Assembly (NCBI RefSeq): GCF_000150275.1 | Contig: NW_002060951.1 | Location: forward strand, 2,490,297 to 2,554,296 | Direction: 5' to 3' | Source of the DNA: Trichoplax adhaerens | Taxonomy: Eukaryota > Animalia > Placozoa | Length of the DNA: 64,000 bases | Shown: positions 1 through 11,958 of the stretch, in pieces | How the letters are laid out: each line of letters opens with the position of its first letter | Numbering within the stretch: position 1 is the first letter of the stretch | Position numbers and translations under genes: made by a program | The notes under the pieces: generated by a model | Seen by the model: only the letters and a program-made list of their open reading frames with translations | Databases searched by the model: none | What the model was told of the DNA's origin: nothing

Positions 1-834
1 TATAATGTGTAATGATTATATATTGATTACAAGTACGTTGGACTGAATCGATATCATGATATCAAAACGAACTTTTGCAGGAACATAAAGCACATGTAAT
101 TGCAGTACGCGTCCGTTAGTAATACATAAGGACATAATCGTATCCATCATTTATTAGAAGAGATCTTGTTATAACACTTTAAATAGCTTTATGATCGTGT
201 AGACTTTCTTGAAATGATTCTGTAGTATTTTCTGATTACGATTTTGGGTTAATTCACAAATAATGGTAGCCCATAAGACTGCAAAACTAACTGAAACTAA
301 ATTTTTTCACTTTACTTTTCTAATACTAAAGTAGTAAAACTGTATTATTAATTCCCTTTAAACACTGTGTTTGGTTGAAAAAGGTAACTGAGGCGCTTAA
401 ATTTGTGCTAATATTACTTATACATTTATTCATTGCAAGGGCACACTTTCTAATAATACGAACACAAGTTGATCTAATAATCATAAAATGATAAATCCTA
501 ATTTGATCATACGAGCTATATTACGTAGATTAACTGAGGTCTTACGAATTTCATATTGAAATTTGCAGCATAACAAACTCTAATCTGCCATTAATTCACG
601 AACGAAAGCCGTAAGTATTTAAAAATATAACTTCCTAATCATTTACATATCAAGTATGTATTTTCATAGTAATTTCGATATAGCGAGTTATTAGCATATT
701 TAGCTAATACATCAAATAATTTTTTCGTAGAATTATACTTTATACAGATAATGTATGTAAAAAGAGTAACGTGGTGTTTGAGATTACATATTTATACTGT
801 TCAATTAATCCATTTTAATTGGCATTTTGTATAG

Positions 835-967
835 CCAAGGTTTTTTATATGTTGATCCATCATCTGTTCCACCAATGAAACCCAAGGCGGCAAGCCGTGC
901 AGTCATTCAATACAAGAGAACGCAAGCAGCTCAAAAAGCGAGATTAAGGAAAGAGGTTCTTCAATGA
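835..967 (+). CDS. Probable last exon of an unidentified gene entering from the left edge (QGFLYVDPSSVPPMKPKAASRAVIQYKRTQAAQKARLRKEVLQ*)
   Basis: ttttgtatag acceptor at 833-834, then a comparatively GC-rich open frame to TGA 965-967. Upstream exons were not confidently resolved. Confidence 0.5.
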
Positions 968-2461
968 AAACAGCTACTCCATTCCATTATTCTATGCTCA
1001 TCGTATTCGGTTTATCAATCTACTTCATATTCATCGTATAGATAACACTTGTACCTTATTTCAGCTGTATTAACTACTGGTTATATACTATTTCTATTAT
1101 TTGCATTTTTAGAGTGCTATTGACTACGATGATAGATAATCCAGTATTTCTATAACTACAGCTATTTCGTGTATATATATTCATACCGTTTCCTTAGCTT
1201 GCCTTATCAATTGCAAAGGAGTTTTTTTATGCAGAAATTGAAGTAGAAACATTATCTTAATGTTATGAAATGTACAAAAAATATCTTTGATTGAAATATT
1301 CAATCTGCTCGCGAAGCACGAATTATATAAGGTTTTTGTTTGTTGCCCTATTAACCTCTTATTATAACTGGAATGCAATATTATATTAATATATATGTAA
1401 AGTCTACGAGTATCCAATATTTAAAATCGCACATAGCAGTAAGCATATTAAATTTGAAACAGTTGTAATTTATCTTGTGTTTAACATCACGATAGTACGA
1501 TTTGGATTTCTCTCATTCATTATAATGAATAATAAAAGCCGCCATTTACTACTTTTATTATAATCGTTCTACATAAGACAAACGGTATTAAATGAAGCGA
1601 TAATGGTTACTATGAAATCTATTTATAATATCGTTATCAATAAAAAGGTAAGTTCACTAAGATTATTTACAATTCGTATTATAAGCTAAATTCTACGATA
1701 ATGAAGGATCCTGTTTTGCACATGAATGAAGGAGATCAATGTTTTACCAAAGTCTCCGTTGAACTGCAAGCTCAACGGTACAAAAGCGCAGGATTTAAAA
1801 TTTTATCAAGCGGCATCTAGCGATTAATCTAAACTTTATTCTTTTCCGCACTATGATATCCGTGCGCTTACGTGATTTCTTATTAATGATATATTAACGG
1901 ATCAATGTGTTTACGCAAATCTGAAGGAGTTTTGTTATCTGGATAAGTAATTATTGAATTAATTAATGTGATTTATATATCTAATGAGATCATAAATGCA
2001 TTACGTCTTTTGAGCATTACGGTTGACTATTACGGCTATATTGCAAATTTGATACAAAAAAGGGCATATTATTATGAAATTAATTATCGGTAATTATTCG
2101 AATCGTAATTCTTTTGACGATGTGAATTTAAATTTACCATTCTGCAAACCTTTCAGTAATTGCGACCCTCTATACATGTAAGAAATATTGCATAATGTCG
2201 AAGTCAAATGGAAGATTTTTATTACTAACATTATTCTTTACAAAAATGAATTTATAAATGGTTGAGGACGACAATATAAATCTAATTCTCATTTATTCTA
2301 CTTACAAAGCATAAAATTTTATGCCATGCAAGAATTGTCTCTATCATTTCATTATACTTAATTACTATACTAATTTATTACATGTCTTTTAGTCATTCGA
2401 GATATCTTCGTATAGCAGGGAATAGAAAAGAAAAATAATTGATATCAAACTAAGATAGAGA

Positions 2462-4088
2462 TTACAATTCTAAGCGAGGAAACTTTGTCTTCAGTAAAGG
2501 GTCTATAACTTTTTTCCATTGCTTAACTGTCCAATTTGATTGACCGATCACTCTGATACCGTTTATAAAAAAACTCGGTGTTCCTGTTACGCCACCTGTA
2601 GTGTATCAACAATAATAATAATGTATTATTGTAAGTTGAATCCACACTATCTACAGTTTACTATATAAAAAGAACTTATAGGATGTGTATGTCAGTGATA
2701 TGTATCCATGGGCATATCAAAATTTACATCAGCTTTGGGCAGTGAGCATGATTATTATGTATAGGTAGATGTAAGAAAGTTTTTAACTAAACTATGTCGT
2801 TTTGACAACTAATTGTATAATTGTATTTTATGGTATATGCTAGTTATACTTACGTTCCCAAGCCAGTTTGCTACTCAGCCTTGTGGTATGATCAATGCCA
2901 CTATTTTGCAAGGCATTTGCGAATTTCATAGCACTTATTCCGGCAGCTTTATGAGCTAATTTTGCGTAGGCCCTAGTGTATAAGAAGTCCAAATTAGTAA
3001 TACATTTAATAATATGGCTACAATAGAGCATACCCATTAAAGTTCATAACTATATTTTTATATGTTGTTGATCAGCATAATATAATTCTGTAGAGGAAAT
3101 AAATAGCTTACTGTATAACTTGTAGCCCTGACATTTTCAAAGTTGGTTTGTTATAAAATTCAGACTGGTTTTTAAACACAGCATCCATGTAGTTAAACAA
3201 ATCATGTACTGATACATTCGCTGCGACAAGTGCGCGAACACCCTATTGAAATAGAATTAGTTTACGACATTTTAATAGTGGCTAAATATCATTGTATTTT
3301 ACGTTGAGAATACGATAAATTTGTATAAGTTAATTGTTACTCGAGAATTCATTTTTTAAATTCGATATGTAATTAAATATACTGTATATAGTAAGGAATT
3401 GTATAAAATATTTTGTTTGGAAGTTTTTGTTAATATAAAATTAGCGTGTAAGATGACTTCCGGTACTTGAGTCAATTAATGTTCATTTTTCTATTTTCAA
3501 CGCTAATAGAATATTTATGCACTGTATCACTTAATTATAATTGTAGTAATAACTTAATTTAATTAATTGTATGCCAATTTAAATCGGATATTACTTTCCA
3601 TTATAAAAGGAGTTTAAATCACATAAATTTATTAAATGCTGCTTTGAAACTGTTTCATAATCTGCAGTGCTGTGGTGTACAATAACAACACGGACAAATA
3701 ACTTGATTCGATAATCTAGTCTTACGTGTTCTTATATATCACTAATTTATTTTAGAGTTTAAAGCGATTTATTCTGTCATCATTGAAAGTTAACGGGAAT
3801 GTAGTTTACCATAGCTGCGTAATAGGCTTGTCTATGATAAACTAGGGGATTAATGTGAAATGTCATGCGTAATTTATTTGGGCCATAGCTGTCTGCCAGT
3901 TTTTTAAGTATAGGCCAGGCGGTTTTACAATCTGGACAAGCAAGATCGATAAAAGCTTCCATATGGATAGGAGCTTCCGGACTCCCATTATGATAAACAT
4001 ATCCATCTGGTCGAGGCAAAATTGGTGCCTGACTGTAGATTACTGGAATGAGTGCAAAGAGAACTATAATATTTGCAGTTGGTTTCAT
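2462..4088 (-). CDS. Secretory-pathway DsbA-like (thioredoxin-fold) thiol-disulfide oxidoreductase; exons 4088-3810, 3242-3112, 2972-2854, 2595-2462
   Basis: Signal peptide MKPTANIIVLFALIPVIYS; active site FIDLACPDC (CxxC); cis-Pro loop GVTGTPSFFING. Four exons join in frame across GT-AG introns; ends ...KFPRLEL*. Confidence 0.85.
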
Positions 4089-4544
4089 TTTAAAGCCGAT
4101 TGTAATACCAAAAACCCAAAAGATATCTTTTCGCTTTCACAATGTGCAGTAAAGTGCAGTACGGCAATGATGACGGTGCTGATATTTTACACTTTACAGT
4201 ACAATACATACTTTTGTACTGCTTTACCGTACGCTTACCTAGGCATGCAGGCATTATTGACTCATCACTTCGATAGTCTAAACAAAATACACTACATTAT
4301 AGAGTACAAGTTGTTGTGAAACAGGCACGAGATCAGTGGATACAAAATACTGTGCCACGGACTGCTAGACATTAGACAATAGACAAAATCTTAGTTTGTA
4401 GTACTGTTATATTATTAATAATAATATCATAATTATCATAGATTATGTTTTGTATAGTGTTGGCTAGTATGACTCCATTAAATAGTTTGCGGCTGAGTGA
4501 AGTGGTCATCGTAGTTTGAAATGATTTCTATAAACAGATTTCTA

Positions 4545-4650
4545 CGTACACTGTGACTGTACTACGGTAGACTCTGTTGCAACTTGCAGGAGGAGTACGA
4601 TATAAAGGTCTCTAGTGTACACTATACAGTATACTGTACAGTACAGTATA
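4545..4650. repeat. CAGTA/TACTG cluster in the DsbA-like/paxillin divergent intergenic region
   Basis: tacagtatactgtacagtacagta at about 4625-4648 plus degenerate copies. Confidence 0.7.
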
Positions 4651-4789
4651 TCAGTGCCGACATAAATTTAACAAATAGTTTTTTCTATCCTGTAAAAAAG
4701 GACACTGCCGTAAGTTAATTTACTCGCAAGCAACAATTGTATCGTGGTTCCAGTTAAGCTCACAGTGCTTCCTAATTATTAATTAATTA

Positions 4790-7700
4790 ATGGATGAATT
4801 AGGTAAGAAAACTTTTAAACTTACTGTACGATTACAATTGTTGCTGTCTTCGTTATTTCTCTAAATTTTGTTAATAATTCATATACGAAATCAAAGTGGT
4901 AGCGTTTGATTACTCGTTGCTAAACTACTATCGCATAGTTTTCCCGCAGGTTATTGTAAATTTTAGTTTTGTCGATGGGATATCAATATTTGTATTACTG
5001 TTTAGGCTTATAATTCAGCGCTGATATTCTTCAATACTGCCAATCGTAGGCTACTAGAAGGAGATGATCCATAGGACAAAAACTTTCGTAATTTTTATCT
5101 TTCTGTATTAGCTCATAAAGTTTACGGTACGCATCAGAAGTTGGGCAATGTAGGTTTACGCGCACAGCACGATTAGACTGTTTATTTGAACATTGTTCAT
5201 TCAATTTTAATTTGATTTGATATCTCAATACTATTTGGTCTGCGATCGATCGAATGGCTTGATAACATAATTATCGTTGTAATTGTAATATGATATAATT
5301 TCATGATTTCTTTTTTTATCTCTATTACGCATGTAGTTTGTGATGTCAACAGAGTGAAGTACGAAACATACAATATACTTGTACTGTACTAGTACGTGTG
5401 TTATCATAATGATTGCAATTAAATCTTTTTAGAACTCCTACAAAAACCTAATACATGTACTTAACGATACTTTACAGCATAACAGCTTTGTAAGACTCTA
5501 ATGTATCGTATCGTACTTACTTTATATGTTATTAAATACAGTACACTTCAAAAATTCTTAATCGATCTTAATCTGACAAGCAATAGCTAGCCTGTACTGT
5601 AAGGTATAGTACAGGCTAGCTATTGCTTGTACCATCTTACTTAAACCGAACCATGAACAGGAGTATCTACAAACCCAATAATTACTAATAATCATGATAA
5701 TAATGTGATAATGATTAGTCGTGAAAATCTGCTCATACTCGCGTATTGCTGTATCTTTCATTACAAATAATGTGCACCCGTAGGCCGTAGCCTGCTTTAT
5801 GAATAATACAGACAACTCATTAAAACTGAACAAGTACGCGTACATATAATAATATCATTAAGTTAATAACACCCACTCACATCATTACGTTAACGATTGC
5901 AAATAATAGATTCACTATTGGCTGAGTTGCAAGCAGCTAAACCGATAACCTCAAATAAGAATGAAAATCAAGATGATCTTCGTAATGAGCCCAATATAGA
6001 ATATCCGCCGCCGAAATCATATCAATTAGTGCAATCCTATCAAGAGCACCAAAGAGAATCTTCATCAGTAAACAAGGAAGTTACCGCTGATAATAGTGAG
6101 CAATGAAGACATTTCTAATGTCTTTGTTTTTCTGTAATAATAGATCTGAATCTTTTAAACATGATCAAACACCTTATTAAATTTATATGCATTATACAGG
6201 AACAGTAACAATGCTAGGCTATTGCTACGTTTACCTAATTTATTGTAACACCTTATTATACAGTTAAACAACAAATTGATGTTAACAAGAATGCAGATAC
6301 ATCGGAATTAGACAAGTTATTACAGGAATTAGAACATGGAAATAAATCAGGCCTACAACAAGACTTAAGTGAGTTGATAAAAGCTATGTTGTAACATTTC
6401 TGATAGTATCTTTATAGGGTTGATCTGCCAATTATCAACACGTATATCTGTATTTAGCAAACTTAGGAGCTTGATCTTAAACCTTATTGAGTCAATGATC
6501 ATCCTTGTTTTCACTAGAAAATGGAAATGAAGTGCGAGATAAAGTTCATAAACCGCCGAAAACTGCATTATTGAATAAAAACTTGATAAGCAATGATTTA
6601 ACTAAATCAGAAGTAAATAAAATAATCGATTACTTCTTATTTTCTTAAATTCATTGCATCAAATATTGTATTGATCTAATGGACAGAAATTTTTGAATGT
6701 TTTATAGAACTGACTTGCTAAAGCTTGATCTATTTTTTAGGATAAACATGATAACAATAGTCTAACATCAGCAACAAAAGAGCTTGACGATTTAATGGAG
6801 TCCTTAACAACGATGAAGACAAGGAGCATACGAAATTCAAAATCTGCTAGCGCTCAAAAAGATCAACAAGATATACCGAGTAAAATCGCTAATGATAATA
6901 AAAACTTAAGCAAACACATAGACGTCGACCGTGAAGAGGATAATGCAAAAAAGTTAGATTCACTGATGGGCGGGCTGCAATCGGATTTAAATAAGCAAGG
7001 TATTGATTTACCATATTATACATACAGTTTAAACATATAATAATTGTGACGATAACTAGATTATATCGATACTATCAAAGTTTTTAAATAGTAGGCTTTG
7101 TTAATTTTCTAATGCAATTACTTAATCTTGAATAGGGATTAATGTTGAATCAAAAGGCATGTGTGCAGGGTGCCATAGGATGATTGTTGGTCAAATTTTA
7201 ACTGCTTTAGATCAATCATGGCATCCCCAGCACTTTACTTGCGCGGAGTGTGGATCTTCTCTAGCTAGTAAGACATTTTACGAATGGGAATCGAAACCTT
7301 ATTGTGAAAAAGATTATTTTGATCTATTTGCACCAAAGTGCGCTGGTTGCAATGAATCTATAACCACGGTAAATGATCTTATTGCCATAGACAAGATTTT
7401 TTGTAATATTTTTACATTGAGGTTGGATAAATCTCAATTTGACATTTTAATTGTGCTTGCTGAAAGTGCATATATGCTATATATGCATTACTTCCTAAAG
7501 GAACTAATTCATTTGATAGTTGCTTTGCTCTAAATGGGTATAAACTAACTTATCTTAAACTTACTGTTTTAGGAGTGCTTGACAGCAATGGATCAGAAGT
7601 GGCATCCGGAGCATTTTATATGTACCATTTGTAAAAAGCCCTTAGTTGATGAAAAATTTCATGTTGTTGATGATAAGCCTTATTGTTCCAATTGCTTTAA

Positions 7701-8219
7701 TGAATTACATGCTCCAAATTGTAATGCATGTAATAAAAAAATTACTGAAGAATTTGTCTCGGCCCTGAATTGCCAATGGCACCCAGAGTGTTTCGTGTGC
7801 ATGGTAAGAAAATCGTTACTTTCTTATTATATAAATAAATAAATATAGTAATTAGCGCTGTAATACTATTTATATCACGATTTATATTTCACCTTCTTTA
7901 GCAATATCTTCGGTGAAAATTTTGCTCTGATGTTATATATATTTATTTGCAGGAATGCAAGAAACCGTTCATTGATGGAGTGTTTATGAATTATGAAGGC
8001 TTACCGTATTGCAAATTGCATTATTACACTAAAATTGGTTCCATTTGTTGCCACTGTGAAGAGCCAATTGCTGGCCGATGTATAATTGTAGCAAAGAGAA
8101 AGTATCATCCTGAACATTTTCTTTGTTCATTTTGTCAAAAACAGCTCAGCAAAGGCACATTTAAAGAACGCAGCGATAAGCCGTATTGTGTGCCATGTTA
8201 TGCCAAATTATTTGGATAA
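4790..8219 (+). CDS. PXN: Paxillin/leupaxin family focal-adhesion adaptor (4 LD motifs + 4 LIM domains); exons 4790-4802, 5910-6095, 6264-6368, 6518-6612, 6741-6999, 7136-7368, 7573-7803, 7953-8219
   Basis: Spliced LD motifs MDELDSLLAELQ, ELDKLLQELE, SATKELDDLMESL and KLDSLMGGLQSDL. Four LIM domains end in YCVPCYAKLFG*. All exon phases are consistent. Confidence 0.93.
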
Positions 8220-8482
8220 TTCGTTCAGTATCATGTTGCCATTTGATTCCACACTGGCGGTCACGGTCTACTACCTAACCTCTTGTTTATGCTATATCAA
8301 TTCCAATGAATTTCACGAAAGTATCCGAGATCTTACAAAAATTGATTTGGGTTATGATTAAATATTGCAATTTCTCTTATTTATATTATACAATATACTC
8401 ATATGCGCGTAATTTAAATTCAATGAAAAATAATTTTGTGTATAATTGTGCTCATACAAAAATTTCTACGTCAAGATTTATA

Positions 8483-8569
8483 GATACATTGACAGAAGTA
8501 TTCTTTAATTCCTAATAATTAATTACGATACATTGGCAGAAGTATTCTTTGATTCTAATAATTAATTAC
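8483..8569. repeat. Direct tandem duplication of a ~44-bp unit (2 copies) downstream of the paxillin stop codon
   Basis: gatacattgacagaagtattctttaattcctaataattaattac followed immediately by gatacattggcagaagtattctttgattctaataattaattac. Confidence 0.85.
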
Positions 8570-9052
8570 GCACTTTAATAAGTAAAGTTTAAGAGTGGTT
8601 GTACTCCGTTATTGAAGGTACAACCACTATTTTTGCAAAGAAGAATAATCCAGATAAAAATTTTATATTGGAGATATAATAATAATTCAGATAGATGATT
8701 TTGAATACAAATTTTTAAAATACTTAAATATTTTAATGTAGTCCTGTGTAAAGCCGAAAATTAGAGCCAGTAAATTTTTATAAATACCTCTATAATCAAT
8801 TTCGTTAATTCAAGTAAATATTATGGACTAGCGCGAAGATTATAATTTCATGGAAATCTCGATCTTACTTGATGCTGATGGCATGTTATTCAACTTTAAA
8901 TATGCACATTGAACACCTTTATGTTTAACTGTTTATCCGTACTGATTAATGAATTTCTGTTTTCATCAATAATGGAGTGATGGGCTGGAGATTGCGACAA
9001 TAATTACTAATTGTTTATTATCTATTTTTGAAACATAATACAGTACTCTCAT

Positions 9053-9078
9053 TTCTCATTGCGAATTCGCAATGAGAA
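9053..9078. repeat. Perfect 26-bp palindrome
   Basis: ttctcattgcgaa|ttcgcaatgagaa is self-complementary with no loop. Confidence 0.9.
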
Positions 9079-10059
9079 CTTGAGAAGTAGTAATACGCGC
9101 TAAGCTAAGGATGGCATCAATTAATTATTATTAATTACACCGTATAACCGTATGATCTATGAATATCGTATACCACTGCTTCACTTTACAGTTAACAGCT
9201 TTTGCTATAACATATTTATTACCGTATTTACAGGTGCTTGTCAAGAAAAGTTGGTAAAGAAGATATATAAATTTACAGCTTTAATTTACAAAATTGACTT
9301 TTGTATAAGTCCTTTTATGATACAATAAATAACATTAGTATGAAAACTTTGGAATGATAAAAAACTGATCTACAATGCCGGGAATACACTCGTAAGGCAT
9401 ATTACTGTCATTCCCAAAGCAAGTATAACACTTTAACAAGTCATTTTCTTACTTTCGGTGCTATAGTTCTAATTGTCCAAGTATGACATAAAAAGTCATT
9501 TAAAGTTGGTATACTATTAGGCAATTAAGAATTGCTGTTAACTCAGTAATACATAATTGCTAATAGCATAGCATCTCTTAATTCCTTGGTTACTAGATAA
9601 TTATTACAATAATATTTTCATGCAATGATTAAAATCAAATATTTTACATTAATCCTTAATTCTAGTCACGCAGCTGAATTTACTGCAGCAAAGATGTGTT
9701 ATACTCATAGTTCTTAAAGACGATTACTGTATTTTCTATCAATTTACGTATACACGTATATGATTAATAAAACGTGAAACTTCTTATGCGAATATTCACA
9801 CTACGAACATCTTGCTCAATGAATCATAACAGTTTCTAACTCAACGAGGAATCATTGTGCGCATCCATCTAGAGTTATTACAGTAGCACGTTAGCGTTAG
9901 TGCAAGCGGTAGTATGACCTGATGTGCATACTGCATACGTAAAGGAAGAATTATTACTTGTATAAAACGGACGGAGCTGTTTAGACTTAGAGTGAGTAGG
10001 TAACTAGTACCTAACTAGGAGCGATATTCAATAGCAAAATATGTTTCCCACGAATATAA

Positions 10060-10971
10060 TTAAGTGTACAGATCAAAATCAATTCTCTTCGATGTGTAGT
10101 AAAGAGAATCTTCTGTCTCGGCCCTACGAGCAAAAACCCCATCTGGAAAATAACCTTGATTTGTCCAATCAAGCATTTGTGCGCTACTGTATGGTCCAAA
10201 GACCTCTGCATCTTCTTCATCTTTCCATTTATAGAACCAATTAACCGTGTCATTGTTTTCATCTTTCGATTTTTCGCTTAGTAAGCTAATTTGATGATTG
10301 ATATATTCTAAGTTTTCATGATAGATGTTTGTCCTGTCATTGTGAAGCAAGAGATCTGTTATTTCAGTTATGCGTTCGCACTTTTTTCGATTGTCCTCTT
10401 CCTTTTCAGTATTTGCAGTACCTGCAATATCTGCAGGCTGAAATCTTTCTTTCTTTAACTTCCATTTTTGACTAGCTGAGCTACCCTTGTTTCCGCCGAA
10501 ACGACGAATAGCTCGTATCGGAGTTTCTTTAGGTAGCAAGAAAGCAGCCAATTCCTTTAGAGCATTCAAGATACCGTCAGGTGGAAGCTTGTCTACTTTT
10601 TCACTTTGAGCACTATCTTCCTGCTCGATTTTATTTGATTGATTTTTAATTTTGTTCCAGTCGACAGCTTGCAACCAGTTATCACTCACATCATCATCCT
10701 TGTTTGCAAAATAGTTACCTTCAGCGTCAAAATAGCCTTCCTCTAATTCTTCCTTCAAATTAAAAGGTGTAATTTTCATTCCGTCATCCGTATACGTTTC
10801 TGTTTCGTCTTCTTGTCCTTCAATATCGTCTTCATTTAGTTTATCAACTTGCTTTCGATCATCTTCCTCATCGCTGTCCAGTGAATGCTTACTTTTGAAA
10901 CGTTTAACGTCATCGCTAGCTAATGCTTGCAAATTTTCTTCATCAAATCGAACTCCCTTGCGCTTCGACAT
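10060..10971 (-). CDS. CD2BP2: CD2 antigen cytoplasmic tail-binding protein 2 (U5-52K/Lin1), single-exon CDS, 303 aa
   Basis: KHSLDSDEED and ITPFNLKEELEEGYFDAEGNY motifs; C-terminal GYF domain (WFYKW...GPYSSAQMLDWTNQGYF...RIDFDLYT). Confidence 0.95.
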   Translation of the reverse strand: MSKRKGVRFDEENLQALASDDVKRFKSKHSLDSDEEDDRKQVDKLNEDDIEGQEDETETYTDDGMKITPFNLKEELEEGYFDAEGNYFANKDDDVSDNWLQAVDWNKIKNQSNKIEQEDSAQSEKVDKLPPDGILNALKELAAFLLPKETPIRAIRRFGGNKGSSASQKWKLKKERFQPADIAGTANTEKEEDNRKKCERITEITDLLLHNDRTNIYHENLEYINHQISLLSEKSKDENNDTVNWFYKWKDEEDAEVFGPYSSAQMLDWTNQGYFPDGVFARRAETEDSLYYTSKRIDFDLYT

Positions 10972-11124
10972 ATTGCACTCTTCAATCGTCTACAGGTACT
11001 GCTGCTGTACCGTTGCAATAACGAATTCATCGATTTGAACCAGCTTAACATAAAAAAAGAAAGCGCAATACCGTACAGTACTGATTCAATGCGTGCTGAA
11101 GTCTACTACAGTAGTGCAACAGTA

Positions 11125-11588
11125 GAGGTAACCAGTGCTCTATACAATCCTCTTATTGATTGATTAGTTCTACTACTAGTCTACAGTACGTACAGTACAG
11201 ACGGACACTAGTAGACTCTACAGTACAGTACTGTACTGTACAGTACTGTACAGTACTGTACATTGCACACTTCAAGATTCGTACTGTACTGTACAGTACT
11301 GTAATAAATGCAACTTGAGGTAACCAGTGTTCCATACAATCCTCCTTATTGATGGATTAGTTCTACTAGTCTACAGTACGTACAGTACAGACGGACACCA
11401 GTAGACTCTACAGTACATTGCACACTTCAAGATTCGTACTGTACAGTACGTAATAAATGCAACTTGAGGTAACCAGTGCTCCATACACAATCCTCTTATT
11501 GATTGATTAGTTCTACTAGTCTACAGTACGTGTACAGTACTACAGTACATTGCACACTTCAAGATTCGTACTGTAATAAATGCAACTT
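11125..11588. repeat. Three tandem copies (192, 149 and 123 bp) of a unit in the CD2BP2/NIF3L1 divergent intergenic region
   Basis: Units start gaggtaaccagtg at 11125, 11317 and 11466 and end taataaatgcaactt. They differ mainly in the number of internal CAGTA/TACTG modules. Confidence 0.92.
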
Positions 11589-11958
11589 GCTACTTTTTTG
11601 ACCCGCTGCCGTAGTTCATTCATATCAATTGCACATACGGTATGTATCTCTAAAAAGCTGTGGTTATTTCCTTACTTATAAATTATGTTAAATTAATGTT
11701 GTTATTGCTAAATGACTGCTGCATCTCTTTGATTACTGTAGTACAGTATAATACGTTCTGCATAATACGTACACGTATTGTAATAATATAATACATTAAG
11801 ACGTAAACTAATTTACATTTATATTATGTAAATTTATCGTTTAGTTTGATCCTGTACATGTCTATCAGGCGTTCAGCTCTGTATTCGTAACGAAGTAGCC
11901 TTCATCTTTTGTGCCTATTTTTAGCCATTATTTAAGACCTGAAGCTTGTGATGCTGTT

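Noticed and set aside
9347-9419. SECIS element (ATGA within a stem)
   Set aside because: No matching GA quartet geometry, and neither flanking gene has an in-frame TGA.
11125-11588. CRISPR-like repeat array
   Set aside because: Whole units are duplicated with no unique spacers; eukaryotic context and no cas genes.
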